Assembly (NCBI GenBank): GCA_963741955.1 | Contig: CAVUKB010000001.1 | Span: forward strand, 64,001 to 128,000 | Direction: 5' to 3' | DNA: 64,000 bases | From: an uncultured Acidobacteriota bacterium | Lineage (GTDB): Bacteria > Acidobacteriota > Thermoanaerobaculia > Gp7-AA8 | In this document: positions 39,978-50,174 of the stretch, one piece after another | Layout of the letters: every line of letters begins with the position of its first letter | Position numbering within the stretch: position 1 is the first letter of the stretch | Translations under genes and position numbers: made by a program | The notes under the pieces: model-generated | The model's database searches: none | Told to the model about the DNA's origin: nothing | Seen by the model: the letters and a program-made list of their open reading frames with translations, nothing else

Positions 39978-41144
39978 ATGACCGACTCGCCGCTCGTTCG
40001 CGCACTCGCTCGGGTGTATCCGGAGATCGATTCGCTCTCCGCGGGAGTCTGGCTCGTCGGCGGCGTGGTCCGCGACGCGCTTCTCGGTTCTGCGCCGGTG
40101 GACGTCGATCTGGCGGCACACCACGCGGCGGCGGCGGCGGAGCTCTTCGCCCGCCGGACGCGCGGCCGGCTGGTCGATCTCGGGCGCGACCGCTTCGCGA
40201 CGTGGCGCGTAGTGGTGGGCGAGCGGGAATACGACTTCTCCGAGATCGTCGGCGCGTCGATCGAAGAGGACCTCGGGCGCCGCGACTTCACCGTGAACGC
40301 GATGGCCATCGACGTGGAGACGGGAGCGATCCTCGATCCGTTCGGCGGAGCCCGCGATCTCGAGTCGCGCATCCTCCGGATGGTGCGGGAGGCGAACTTC
40401 TCGGATGATCCGCTCCGCACCCTCAAGGGCGTGCGGATGACGGTCACTCCCGCTCTGAGACCCGAACCGGCGACCCTCGAGGCGATGGCGCGTCATGCTC
40501 CGGAGCTCGCGACCGTCGCGCCGGAGCGTGTCTCCTCCGAGCTCGAACGGATCTTCGCCTCGGGACGCGTCTCCGACGCCGTGCCGCTGATTCGCCGTCT
40601 CGCGCTCGACCGGATCCTCTTCGACCGCCAGTGGACGGACGAGACGGAGCGGCAGCTCGCGGCACTCGACACCAGCGATCCGGTGCTGATCTACGCGACT
40701 CTCCTCCGCGGCGGCTCGGCGGAGTCACTCGACGCGGTTGCTGCCCGGTGGCGCTGGAGCGGACAGATGCGGCAGGGCGTTCGTGCGCTGCGGCGGCTCG
40801 CGGAATCCGTCCGCGGCGGCGCGCACGATCCGCGGCGTCTGTTGATCGACCTCCACGACGCCGGACGCGACACGTCGTTGCGCTTGATCGAACTGCTGCG
40901 CGCGGAAGGAGCGGTCGACCTGGCAGCCCGCGTGAAGAGTGCGATCGATTCGCGGCGCGACTCGCTGTTCGACGTCGAGCCGCTCCTCGGCGGAAGCGAG
41001 ATTCAGGAGATCACCGGAACCGCTCCCGGTCCGGAGATCGGAAGAATCAAGCGCGCCCTCATCGAGGCGCAGATCGCAGGCGAGGTGCATGATCCCGAAG
41101 ATGCGGGACGGCTCGTCCGTCACCTCGCAGAGGATCCCGACTGA
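39978..41144 (+). CDS. Class II tRNA nucleotidyltransferase (probably CC-adding type)
   Basis: VGGVVRDALLG..DVDL, EDLGRRDFTVNAMA, DPFGG..DL, DDPLR, ERVSSEL. Confidence 0.88.
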   Translation: MTDSPLVRALARVYPEIDSLSAGVWLVGGVVRDALLGSAPVDVDLAAHHAAAAAELFARRTRGRLVDLGRDRFATWRVVVGEREYDFSEIVGASIEEDLGRRDFTVNAMAIDVETGAILDPFGGARDLESRILRMVREANFSDDPLRTLKGVRMTVTPALRPEPATLEAMARHAPELATVAPERVSSELERIFASGRVSDAVPLIRRLALDRILFDRQWTDETERQLAALDTSDPVLIYATLLRGGSAESLDAVAARWRWSGQMRQGVRALRRLAESVRGGAHDPRRLLIDLHDAGRDTSLRLIELLRAEGAVDLAARVKSAIDSRRDSLFDVEPLLGGSEIQEITGTAPGPEIGRIKRALIEAQIAGEVHDPEDAGRLVRHLAEDPD

Positions 41145-41150
41145 GCTGGT

Positions 41151-41828
41151 TCAGTGACTCAGGTCGAGACGGATCTCGCCCACTTCGACCGTCACTCGCA
41201 GCGTCGCCTTCCCGCCTTCGTTGAAGAACTGCATCCGTCCGGCGAAGAGCCCCTCTTTGGTGACGATGCGGTCGCCGATGTTGGTGATGGTTTTCCCGAC
41301 CCGCGCCCCGGCGTTGACCTCCCGGATCTGCTGTCTCGGCGCCGTGACCGTGACGTTGCCGACGCGAAGGTTCAGATCCATGTTCGCGTACTCGCCGCTC
41401 ACCGAGAGGTCGCCGACTTTCTGATGAACCTCGAGGTTGACGTGACGCGGAATGGTGATGCGTACCGTGAGCTCGGTTCGATTGTTGCGCGCCCAGCGGC
41501 TGGAGGCGGCGGGGCCATGCGCCGGAACGATCGTCATTCTGCTGCCGCGACGGTTGATCCGAACCGCAGTGTCGTCGACGATCTCCTGGAGACGCACCCG
41601 GTCCCCCTCGTCGTGTACCTCTCGGCTGGCGGTTCCACTGACCGAGATCGTCGCGGCGTCCCCGTTGACGATCTCGATCTCTGCGACCGGGATCTCGATC
41701 GAGATCCGGAGCACTCCTTCTGCCGGACTGCTGGTCTGAAACTGGTGGCTCACGGTCGCGTCGGCGAAGCCGGCCACGGGCAGCAGCAGCGCTGCCACCG
41801 AAAATCCGATCGTGCTGAGTGTTCGCAT
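41151..41828 (-). CDS. Exported beta-rich protein (DUF4097/adhesin-like)
   Basis: Signal peptide, VRITIP, repeated ..VGDLSV/VGNVTV/VGEIRL; SD GGGAGG. Confidence 0.65.
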   Translation of the reverse strand: MRTLSTIGFSVAALLLPVAGFADATVSHQFQTSSPAEGVLRISIEIPVAEIEIVNGDAATISVSGTASREVHDEGDRVRLQEIVDDTAVRINRRGSRMTIVPAHGPAASSRWARNNRTELTVRITIPRHVNLEVHQKVGDLSVSGEYANMDLNLRVGNVTVTAPRQQIREVNAGARVGKTITNIGDRIVTKEGLFAGRMQFFNEGGKATLRVTVEVGEIRLDLSH

Positions 41829-41968
41829 CACGTCCTCCCTCCCTGAATGATAACGATCGAAGTGCCGGTGAGGTTTCGGCCGGCGGTTGTGAATCGTGGA
41901 CTGCCGGTTGCGCCGCCGGGGGTCCTGGGCACCGATTGCGGGCGTCGTCGGGTGTGGCTGACACGCGG

Positions 41969-42000
41969 AAAAAGAGAGAGGACTCCTCACGGAGTCCTCT
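41969..42000 (-). terminator. Rho-independent terminator after the small basic peptide gene
   Basis: Hairpin agaggactcc-gtga-ggagtcctct followed by ctcttttt on the minus strand. Confidence 0.75.
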
Positions 42001-42031
42001 TCCTTACAGAAATCAGTGGTTGCTGATGCGG

Positions 42032-42103
42032 TTATTTCTTTTTCGTCTTTGCTTTGCTGGTGGACTTGGCGGCCTTCTTAGCCGGCGCCTTCTTCGTGGC
42101 CAT
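42032..42103 (-). CDS. 23-aa Lys/Ala-rich peptide MATKKAPAKKAAKSTSKAKTKKK
   Basis: SD-like AAAGGTGGTG, ATG, mostly AAG/GCC-type codons, TAA, and a terminator downstream; below the ORF-track cutoff. Confidence 0.7.
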   Translation of the reverse strand: MATKKAPAKKAAKSTSKAKTKKK

Positions 42104-42300
42104 GCTCTTCACCACCTTTCATGCCGTACGGGACCTCACGGTCGCGCCTACTTGGCAAATCCCGCCGGATCGTGCCGGCGAAAACTGACTGCGAAAACGT
42201 TTGACCGTCCGGCGGAGCGAGAGCTGTTCGTTCGTGACGACCACGCTCACTTCATCCGGACTCTCAGTGAACCTTTTCATGATCAGTGTGATTGAACACA

Positions 42301-42329
42301 AATATGGGATGCGTCAAATATATTGTCAA
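42301..42329 (-). promoter_or_regulatory. Sigma70-type promoter in an AT-rich patch
   Basis: TTGACA, 17 nt spacer, CATATT on the minus strand. Confidence 0.55.
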
Positions 42330-42394
42330 GAGATTTCTACGAAAAATCGAGATGCTTTTTCGAGTCGATCGGAAGGGATCTCTCCGCGTCTCCC

Positions 42395-43480
42395 TCACCG
42401 TCTCCCGCGAAGGAGATCGCGGTAGATCGCGAGCGTCGTCTCCGCGCACTGCGACCAGGTGAATCTCCTCGCCTCCACGATCCCCCGTGCCGCGAGGCGC
42501 GCCCGAAGAGTCGCGTCTTCGCCCGCCTTCACCATCGCTTCGGCGATCTCCTCGACCGAGGCCGGGTCGAAGACGAGTGATGCATCGCCCGCCACTTCCT
42601 CCAGCGCCGGTTCTCGCGCGATGAGCACCGCTGTTCCCGACGCCATCGCCTCGGCGACTGGGAGTCCGAACCCTTCGTGGAGACTCGGCTGCACGAGGGC
42701 GATCGCCCCGCGGTAGAGCGCGGCGAGGTCTCCTTCCGGAACGAAGCCCGCCGTCCGCACATGCCCGGATGCGAAGCGCTCCATCGGCGCACCCGCGAGC
42801 ACGAGGTCCCATCCTCGCTCCGCACCGAGCCGCCGGAACGCCTCGACCAGCCGCTCCACGTTCTTGTGCGGCTTGTCGTTGCCGACGAAGAGGAAGTAGC
42901 GCCCGGCCTTCGTCCCGTACCTGCGCGCGGTCTCCTCGATCTCCTCCGGAGTCAGGGAACGGCGGAACGTCTCGTCGATGCCGTTCGGCGTCACGGCGAT
43001 CTTTCCTCGAGATGCCGGGAAGTGCGATTCGATGTCCCGCCGGACTGCGTCCGTCACGGTGAGGATCCGTCGCGCACGCCTGACGGCGCGGCCGATCATG
43101 AACCGCGCGTAGAGCGGCGCGAGCGGCCCGCGTGCTTCTCTCCCGCTCCGGAGGTGAATCAGATCGTGGATGGTGACCACCAGAGGGAGATCGGTGAGGG
43201 GGACGACGTAGTGCGGCGCGTGGAAGAGATCGAGCTTCGCCTTCGCGGCCTTCCGCCCCAGCACCACCGGCTCGCGGAACGAGTAGCCGGGAGTGCTCTC
43301 TTCGATCACGTCGATCCGCGGCGAGGGAGGGATGAGTGATGTCGCTTCAGCGGGCGCAAAGAGGACGAACCGTTCCTCTCCTTCCGTCGCGATCAGCGCG
43401 CTCACCAGACCCCGAACGTAGGTTCCGATCCCGAAGTCGGCGATCTTGCGACAATCGATACCGATCCGGACCCCCATCAT
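42395..43480 (-). CDS. GT4 glycosyltransferase
   Basis: RIGID..GIGTY, VVTIHDL, KPHKN, PSLHEGFGLPVAEAMASG. Confidence 0.92.
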   Translation of the reverse strand: MMGVRIGIDCRKIADFGIGTYVRGLVSALIATEGEERFVLFAPAEATSLIPPSPRIDVIEESTPGYSFREPVVLGRKAAKAKLDLFHAPHYVVPLTDLPLVVTIHDLIHLRSGREARGPLAPLYARFMIGRAVRRARRILTVTDAVRRDIESHFPASRGKIAVTPNGIDETFRRSLTPEEIEETARRYGTKAGRYFLFVGNDKPHKNVERLVEAFRRLGAERGWDLVLAGAPMERFASGHVRTAGFVPEGDLAALYRGAIALVQPSLHEGFGLPVAEAMASGTAVLIAREPALEEVAGDASLVFDPASVEEIAEAMVKAGEDATLRARLAARGIVEARRFTWSQCAETTLAIYRDLLRGRR

Positions 43481-44562
43481 CTCTCCCCTTCCCGATTCGC
43501 GGCGGCTCGGATCAGTTCCCGCATTCTCGACGCGCTCGCGTCCCACGAGAAGAGCGCGGCGCGCTCGATCCCGCGCTGCAGCAGCTCGTCGCGAAGCGTC
43601 GGTTCTTCCAGCACCCGACGCATCGCGCGCCGCAATCCTTCGACGTCGCCCGGCTCGATCAGCTCTGCGGCATCGCCGAGAACCTCGGGGATCGCTCCGC
43701 CACGAGCCGCCACCACGGCGGTGCCGCACGCCATCGCCTCGAGAGGGGGGAGTCCGAAGCCTTCGAAGCGAGAGGGATAGACGAAGAGGCGCGCGCGTCG
43801 ATAGAGAGCGCGGAGATCCTCGCGCGACACGAACCCGGTCACCATCACTTCGGACGGCGCGTAGCGAGCGAGCTCCCGGCGGATCTGTCGTGTGCCCCAA
43901 CCGGGATCGCCGCAGAGGACGAGCTGCGGCCGCGGGGAGGGGAGCTGTCGCCATGCTGCGAGGAGATCTCCGATTCCTTTTCGCGGTTCGATCGTTCCGG
44001 TGTAGAGGACGAAATCATCGGAGATCCCTTCCGGGAGCGGATCGCCGGTTCCCGGAGAGAAGAACGGATCGACTCCATTGGGAACGATTCCGATCTTCCG
44101 TGCGGGGATTCCGAAGCCGCGCATCACCTCGCCTGCAGTGGTCTGCGAGACGGCTGCGACGGTGATTGCCCGCTCGAGACTCGCCCCGATCAGAAGATTG
44201 AAGGAGAGCACGGTCTTCGTGCGGTGGCGGTGCGCCATGGTGATCGAGGTCAGATCGTGCACCGAGACGACTGCCGGCACGTCGAGCCGCAGAGGAAGGG
44301 TTCCGTGGGGGCCCCACACCACTTCGCACTCGTGACGCCTCACCACCGCGGGGAAGTGAACCTGCTGCCACCACACTCCACGGAACGAGGGGACGACGTC
44401 GAACCGGCACTCCTCCACGCCCCGGCGCTCGGTGATCTCGCGATGCGAAGCGATCAGAGGGGGAGGGGTGAACCCCAGCCGTCCCGCGATCTCGGCGGTG
44501 TGGACTCCGATCCCGGTGCGGTTCCCGACCAGAGGACGTCCGTCGATGGCGAGTCTCACCAT
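43477..44562 (-). CDS. GT4 glycosyltransferase
   Basis: LAIDGR..TGIG, VHDL, GTIEPRKG, PSRFEGFGLPPLEAMACG. Confidence 0.92.
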   Translation of the reverse strand: MVRLAIDGRPLVGNRTGIGVHTAEIAGRLGFTPPPLIASHREITERRGVEECRFDVVPSFRGVWWQQVHFPAVVRRHECEVVWGPHGTLPLRLDVPAVVSVHDLTSITMAHRHRTKTVLSFNLLIGASLERAITVAAVSQTTAGEVMRGFGIPARKIGIVPNGVDPFFSPGTGDPLPEGISDDFVLYTGTIEPRKGIGDLLAAWRQLPSPRPQLVLCGDPGWGTRQIRRELARYAPSEVMVTGFVSREDLRALYRRARLFVYPSRFEGFGLPPLEAMACGTAVVAARGGAIPEVLGDAAELIEPGDVEGLRRAMRRVLEEPTLRDELLQRGIERAALFSWDASASRMRELIRAAANREGER

Positions 44563-44563
44563 C

Positions 44564-45865
44564 TCACGACCTCGCCACCCGGATCAGGAGATCCGCGGTT
44601 CGCTTCGCCGCACCGCTCCAGGTGAAGAGTCCGATCCGCTGGCGACCTCTCTCCACGAGTGTCTGCCGCAGCCCCGGATCGTGTTCGATCGACTCGATCG
44701 CTTCGGCGAGCTCCCGCGGCCGCTTCGGATCGAAGTAGAGGGCAGCATCGCCGCCCACTTCCGGCAGAGACGAAGTCCGCGCCGCGATCGACGGCACGCC
44801 GTACGACATCGCCTCGACGAGAGGGAAGCCGAAACCTTCGTAGTGGGAAGGCAGCACGAAGATGCCGGCATTCGCGTAGACCGTTGCGAGCTGCTCCCGC
44901 CGCAGATAGTCGAGATGATGGATCGCGCGGCGCCACCGGCTGTGGGCGATGCGTTCCATCGTTGCCTCCGATTTCCATCCGACCTTCCCGACGATCACCA
45001 GATCGCCGTCATAGCTTCCGCGCTCGCGGAGGAGCTCGAACGCGTCGATCAGTGTGGTGAGGTTCTTCCTCGGCTCGATGGTGCTGACGAAGAGAAGGTA
45101 CTTGCCGGGAAGTCCGGGAACGCCGGCGCCGGGCGGCACCACCGGAGGAATCCCCGAATGGATGGTCACCGCGCGCGCCGGGTCGACGTGGTACAGCTCG
45201 AGGAGGTCGCGCCGGGTCGACTCCGACACGCAGATCACCGCATCGGTGCGGAAAATCTCTGCAGTCATCTGCCGGTCGAGGTTCTCCAGCGTCTCCGCCT
45301 GGAGCATCTCGGGCATGCGCCGGAACGTGAGATCGTGCACCGTCACCACACGCTTTTCCGCCACCGCCGCGAGCGGACGCGGAAGGAAGTAATTTCCTCC
45401 GAAGAAGATCTCGCATCCCTCCAGCCGCGCCAGGATGGGGAATGCTGCCGCGGTCAGCACGGACGTGAGGCGCGAGACGGTTCGTCCCCGGAGATCGAAC
45501 ACGCGGAGAGGACGCCCCGCGGGAAGGGCGACGTGAAGACGTGGCCCCTGATCGAGAAGACGGGGATCGCCGAAGCAGACGATCTCCAGCCGCTCGTCCT
45601 TCACCAGCTCCTGCATCAGATCGTGCAGGTACCATCCGACACCGGTCAGCGGCTCGAAGAAGGGACGGACGTCGATACCGATGCGAACGCGGGTATCCCG
45701 GCGGAGAGCGCGCTGGAGTCTTCGTCGCATCGCGGCCGAGAGTTCGGCGGCGATCACGGCGATCGTATCGCCCGTTCCGAGGAGTTGCGTCACCGGAGAG
45801 GCGGCTCGCCGGGCGAGCGCCAGCAGCGCTCTCCGGATCCGTCCTAGAATACCTCGCACAGTCAC
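44564..45865 (-). CDS. GT4 glycosyltransferase
   Basis: RIGIDVR..TGVGWY, TVHDL, STIEPRKN, PSHYEGFGFPLVEAMSYG. Confidence 0.92.
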   Translation of the reverse strand: MTVRGILGRIRRALLALARRAASPVTQLLGTGDTIAVIAAELSAAMRRRLQRALRRDTRVRIGIDVRPFFEPLTGVGWYLHDLMQELVKDERLEIVCFGDPRLLDQGPRLHVALPAGRPLRVFDLRGRTVSRLTSVLTAAAFPILARLEGCEIFFGGNYFLPRPLAAVAEKRVVTVHDLTFRRMPEMLQAETLENLDRQMTAEIFRTDAVICVSESTRRDLLELYHVDPARAVTIHSGIPPVVPPGAGVPGLPGKYLLFVSTIEPRKNLTTLIDAFELLRERGSYDGDLVIVGKVGWKSEATMERIAHSRWRRAIHHLDYLRREQLATVYANAGIFVLPSHYEGFGFPLVEAMSYGVPSIAARTSSLPEVGGDAALYFDPKRPRELAEAIESIEHDPGLRQTLVERGRQRIGLFTWSGAAKRTADLLIRVARS

Positions 45866-45908
45866 GCGGGGATGTTAGCCGAATCGCAGCGGAAACCGGA
45901 GGCAGATC

Positions 45909-47036
45909 GTGAGAAAGCTCGCTCTCTTCGCCATCATCGTGGCGCTGGTCATCGCCGCGTTCGTGGCGTGGCTTCTTCTCCCGTCTTTCGGCGTGCCACA
46001 GCCGCGCGATCTCGGCGCGTCGTCGGATCTGATGGAGCTCGCGGCGCGTCTCCCGCGCGGCTCAGAGGTGATCCTCCTTCCGCGCGCCAGTGTCGACGTC
46101 GCAGCGCTCCAGCGCAATCCGATCTCCCGCTCGCTCCTCGAATCCTTCGGCATGCCGCCCCAGGCGCTCTGGGCGATGCGTATCCTCGGCGATGGTGCAC
46201 TCGCCATCGCACCGCGGAAGGACTCGTTCTCGATTGCGACGCGCACTGGCCCTCTTCGCGGATGGGTTGCATCGGCGCTGATGTCGACGGCGGGCTTCCC
46301 GTTGCGCCGGGAGGGAGGGCTCTGGATCACCGATTCGACCGCGCCTCCTGCTGAGAATGCGGAATCGGATCGCGACGCCATGAGCTCGGCGACGTCAGGT
46401 CTGGTGGGTCACCTATTCGTAGTCGTCTTCCCCTCGTCCCACAACGACGCTCCCTTCGCCGCGAGTGCTCTCCTTCTCGGCAGCACCGTACAGGCCGAGG
46501 GGCGGTGGCTGACGGAACCGGAAGGAGAGACGAACGCGCCGTTCCGCTTCGACCATCCGGCCACCGCTGCGGTCTCGATCGTCAGCAGCCGCACGCCCGA
46601 CCTGCTGCGCCAGGCGGAGCCTCTCATTCCGGAGATCCGGGGAAAGCTCGACGGCGGTTCACTCTTCGCGATCTGGGACGTCGAAACGGGAGGCGCGCTC
46701 CCGCGCCCGGTCGGCGCTCTCGTCTGGGGAAGCTCCTCCGAGCCGCAGTTGCTCGGGTTCGGAGGAGGAGCTCGACGCCTGGAAAATGACCCGAGAATCG
46801 GACCGCGGCTTCCGTCCGGAGAGTGGTCGCTGCAGTTCGATACGACCAGGACGCGACGGGTGATCCATCCGTTCGTCAAATCGCGTCTGGTGCGGATCGT
46901 AGCGTCCCGCTTCCACTCCCGGGTTGAGAGGCTCGACCGCTGGATGGGAAGCCTCCCGCCCGGGAGCAGAGGGTCGGTGGTCGCGGAGCGACAAGGGCGG
47001 CTCGAAGTCTGGCATTTGTGGGTTGAAGCGAAATAG
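45909..47036 (+). CDS. Hypothetical membrane-anchored protein
   Basis: N-terminal TM (MRKLALFAIIVALVIAAFVAWLL); fills the gap before yceD. Confidence 0.65.
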   Translation: MRKLALFAIIVALVIAAFVAWLLLPSFGVPQPRDLGASSDLMELAARLPRGSEVILLPRASVDVAALQRNPISRSLLESFGMPPQALWAMRILGDGALAIAPRKDSFSIATRTGPLRGWVASALMSTAGFPLRREGGLWITDSTAPPAENAESDRDAMSSATSGLVGHLFVVVFPSSHNDAPFAASALLLGSTVQAEGRWLTEPEGETNAPFRFDHPATAAVSIVSSRTPDLLRQAEPLIPEIRGKLDGGSLFAIWDVETGGALPRPVGALVWGSSSEPQLLGFGGGARRLENDPRIGPRLPSGEWSLQFDTTRTRRVIHPFVKSRLVRIVASRFHSRVERLDRWMGSLPPGSRGSVVAERQGRLEVWHLWVEAK

Positions 47037-47107
47037 TTTCAAAGGCTTACCGGTTAATCCGATTCGCCTCGTCCGGCTTTGTGGCTCGGGGAAGAGGTGC
47101 GTTCGAG

Positions 47108-47662
47108 ATGAGAAAATCAATTCCATTCGATGACGTCGACCAGCTCGGCCCGCAGCATGTGGCCGGGAAGGTGGATGTCACCGCAGAGGAGCTCGATTGC
47201 GAAGAGGTCAGGCGCATCGGCGAGGTGGATGTCGACGTCACGGTACAGAAGGGTGACATCCCCGCCGAGTATCTGGTCGAGGGGAGTGTCCGGTTCGACG
47301 GGGAGTTGAACTGCGCCCGCTGCCTCGGCGGAATGCCGTTTGCCAACGATTCGGGCTTTGCCGTAAGATACCGCCCCCGTTCCTCGGAAGAAGTCCAGGA
47401 AGAGGAGGAGCACGAGATCCACGAAGAGGAGCTCGACGTCGAGTACTACGACGAGCGGGCGGTCTCGATTCACGATCTCGCGGCGGAACAGATTCAACTC
47501 TCGATTCCGATGAAGCCGCTTTGCGACGAGAACTGTCGTGGGCTCTGCCCGCAGTGCGGCGCGGATCTGAACCGAGAGAAGTGTGAATGCAGCACCGAAT
47601 CGACCGACGCGCGGTGGGATGCGCTTCGGGAGATCCGGGAAAAATTGAACGAATCCAAATGA
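47108..47662 (+). CDS. yceD: DUF177/YceD family protein
   Basis: CARCL and PMKPLCDENCRGLCPQCGADLN...DARW..L; upstream of rpmF. Confidence 0.9.
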   Translation: MRKSIPFDDVDQLGPQHVAGKVDVTAEELDCEEVRRIGEVDVDVTVQKGDIPAEYLVEGSVRFDGELNCARCLGGMPFANDSGFAVRYRPRSSEEVQEEEEHEIHEEELDVEYYDERAVSIHDLAAEQIQLSIPMKPLCDENCRGLCPQCGADLNREKCECSTESTDARWDALREIREKLNESK

Positions 47663-47722
47663 ATTCGAAGCGGTCGATGCCGGCCGCGGAAGAATCCTGA
47701 AAGCCGACCGAGGAGTTTCGTC

Positions 47723-47908
47723 ATGCCGAATCCGAAACGAAGACATTCGAAGGCCCGCACGCGTACCCGACGGGCGCACGATTTCCTGACCCCCAAGTCG
47801 CTCTCGACCTGTCCGAACTGCCAGGAGGCGAAGATGCCTCACCGGGTCTGCCCCAAGTGCGGTTTCTACAAGGGTCGCGAAGTGATCGCCGTCAAGGAGA
47901 TCCTCTAG
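47723..47908 (+). CDS. rpmF: 50S ribosomal protein L32
   Basis: MPNPKRRHSKAR...CPNC...PHRVCPKCGFYKG. Confidence 0.96.
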   Translation: MPNPKRRHSKARTRTRRAHDFLTPKSLSTCPNCQEAKMPHRVCPKCGFYKGREVIAVKEIL

Positions 47909-48002
47909 CTCGCATTTCTCACAACGTCTCGTCGCGAGGAGGCCGCTCTCCGTTTCCGCAACAGAGATGGTGTGAGAGACGCGGGCTAACCCTCCAGCCG
48001 CC

Positions 48003-49118
48003 ATGACCGATGGCCGGCCTCCATCGAAACGTCCTCATCGAATCGCGGTCGACGCGATGGGGGGTGATCACGCTCCTCGGGAGATCGTGCGCGGAGCCGT
48101 GCTCGCCGCATCCGAGTACCCCGTCAGCATTCTCCTGATCGGCCGCGAAGAAGATGTCCGGCGCGAGCTGGGCGAGATCGAAGGAGCAGTGCCCCCGAAC
48201 ATCGAAGTGGTCGATGCGCGGGAAGTCGTGGAGATGAGCGACACCGCACTCTCGCCGCTCCGCCGCAAGAAGAACTCATCCATCCGGGTCTGCGCGAACT
48301 TCGTCGCCGAAGGCCTGGCCTCTGCGCTGGTGTCGGCGGGAAACACCGGCGCGGCGTGGACCTCCGCACGCATGGTGATGGGGATGATCGAGGGCGTCGA
48401 CCGCCCCGCACTCGCGGCGCTTCTCCCCCGCATCGGCGGCCGGACGGTCATCCTCGACGTCGGCGCCAACGTCGATTCCAAGCCTCGGCATCTCCGGCAG
48501 TTCGCAGTCATGGCCCACTTCTATGCCCAGATGGTTCTCGGGATCGAGCGCCCGAGGATCGGACTGATGTCGATCGGGGAAGAAGAGGGAAAGGGGAACG
48601 AGCTGACCAGGCAGTCGTTCAAGGTCATGCAGGAGGCGGGGCTGAACTTCATCGGCAACGCCGAGGGGCGCGACGTCTACAACGGCAACGCGGACGTGAT
48701 CGTTTGCGACGGTTTCATCGGCAACGTGGTCCTGAAGGCTTCGGAGTCGCTCGCCGAGATGGTCAGCCAGACCTTGAAGGACGAGCTCACCAGGACGCCG
48801 ATCCGGAAGTTGGGCGCCTTTCTCGCGAGGAATGCGTTCAGCGACATGAAGAAACGACTCGACTACTCCGAGACCGGCGGCGCTCCGCTGCTCGGTGTGA
48901 AGGGTGGTTGCGTGATCTGCCACGGCCGATCGAGCTCGAAGGCGATCAAGAACGCGATTCGCGTCGCCGCCGACTTCGTGGAGAACCAGATCGACGAGAA
49001 GATCCGGACCGGGATCAGGGACCTCCACTCGTACGAGCGCGAAGAAGGACTCGGCATCAGCGGCGACAAGAACGCCGAAGCGCCCGACTCCGGAGCGGGA
49101 GATCGGAACGGGCATTGA
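48003..49118 (+). CDS. plsX: Phosphate acyltransferase PlsX
   Basis: IAVDAMGGDHAP, SAGNTGA, LDVGAN, CDGFIGNVVLK, GGAPLLG, HGRS. Confidence 0.96.
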   Translation: MTDGRPPSKRPHRIAVDAMGGDHAPREIVRGAVLAASEYPVSILLIGREEDVRRELGEIEGAVPPNIEVVDAREVVEMSDTALSPLRRKKNSSIRVCANFVAEGLASALVSAGNTGAAWTSARMVMGMIEGVDRPALAALLPRIGGRTVILDVGANVDSKPRHLRQFAVMAHFYAQMVLGIERPRIGLMSIGEEEGKGNELTRQSFKVMQEAGLNFIGNAEGRDVYNGNADVIVCDGFIGNVVLKASESLAEMVSQTLKDELTRTPIRKLGAFLARNAFSDMKKRLDYSETGGAPLLGVKGGCVICHGRSSSKAIKNAIRVAADFVENQIDEKIRTGIRDLHSYEREEGLGISGDKNAEAPDSGAGDRNGH

Positions 49119-49231
49119 GCTCGCCGGGGGAGCCTCCCGTGGATCTGCGCTGCGAATTCTGATATCTCTCGCCCTGCATTTTTCGGCGGCTTGCAATCCT
49201 CGATGATGACTGGAAGCGGTGGTATCGAACC

Positions 49232-50170
49232 ATGAGAAGACACGAGATCGCATTCGTCTTCCCCGGGCAGGGGAGTCAGTTCGCAGGGATGGGGAAAGAC
49301 GTCGCCGAACGGTACGAAGAAGCGGCGGCGGTGTTCCGGTCGGTCGACGAAGAGCTCGGGTTCGAGCTCTCGAAACTCTGTTTCGAAGGCCCTGACGATG
49401 CGTTGCGACTGACGGAGAACACGCAGCCGGCCATTCTCACCGTCTCCTCCGCCATTCTCGCGGTGATCCGCAACCGTACCTCTCTCTCTCCCGACATCGT
49501 CGCAGGACACTCGCTCGGCGAATACAGCGCGATCGTCGCCGCCGGAGGCCTGCAGCCACACGAAGCGGCGGCGATCGTCCGCCAGCGCGGGCGATTCATG
49601 CAGGAAGCGGTGCCGGTCGGCGCCGGCGCGATGGCGGCGATCATCGGACCCTCTCTCGACGAGATCCAGTCGATCTGTGACGAGGCGGCCGAAGGCGACG
49701 TCGTCTCTCCGGCGAACGTCAACGCGCCCGGACAGATCGTCATCGCCGGATCGAAGGCGGCCGTCGATCGAGCCATCGCGGTCGCGAAGTCCCGCGGTGT
49801 TCGGCGCGCTCTTCCCCTTCCGGTCTCCGCGCCATTCCATTGCGCGCTGATGAAGCCGGCGGAGGAGCGCCTCCAGCCCGTGCTCGAGCGCGCTCCATTC
49901 CGCGACCTCTCGGTGCCGCTCGTCTCGAACGTCGATGCCAGTCCGATCGGAACCGATCATGCCGTCCGGAACGCGCTGATCCGTCAGGTCGTCTCCCCGG
50001 TCCGCTGGGTGGCTACGATCGAGAAGATGATCGAGATGGGCGTGAAGAAGTTCATCGAGATCGGCCCCGGAAACGTCCTCACCGGTCTGATCAAGCGGAT
50101 CAGTCCGGAGGCGGAGCTGGTCAACGTCAGCGATGTCAAAGGGATCGAAGATCTGATATCGGGTGTCTGA
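49232..50170 (+). CDS. fabD: Malonyl-CoA:ACP transacylase
   Basis: FPGQGSQ, TQPAI, GHSLGEYSA, VSAPFH, PVRW. Confidence 0.96.
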   Translation: MRRHEIAFVFPGQGSQFAGMGKDVAERYEEAAAVFRSVDEELGFELSKLCFEGPDDALRLTENTQPAILTVSSAILAVIRNRTSLSPDIVAGHSLGEYSAIVAAGGLQPHEAAAIVRQRGRFMQEAVPVGAGAMAAIIGPSLDEIQSICDEAAEGDVVSPANVNAPGQIVIAGSKAAVDRAIAVAKSRGVRRALPLPVSAPFHCALMKPAEERLQPVLERAPFRDLSVPLVSNVDASPIGTDHAVRNALIRQVVSPVRWVATIEKMIEMGVKKFIEIGPGNVLTGLIKRISPEAELVNVSDVKGIEDLISGV

Positions 50171-50174
50171 TTCG

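Noticed and set aside
42119-42301. 60-aa ORF in the leader of the basic peptide gene
   Set aside because: No SD or recognisable features; treated as leader sequence, although a uORF is not excluded.
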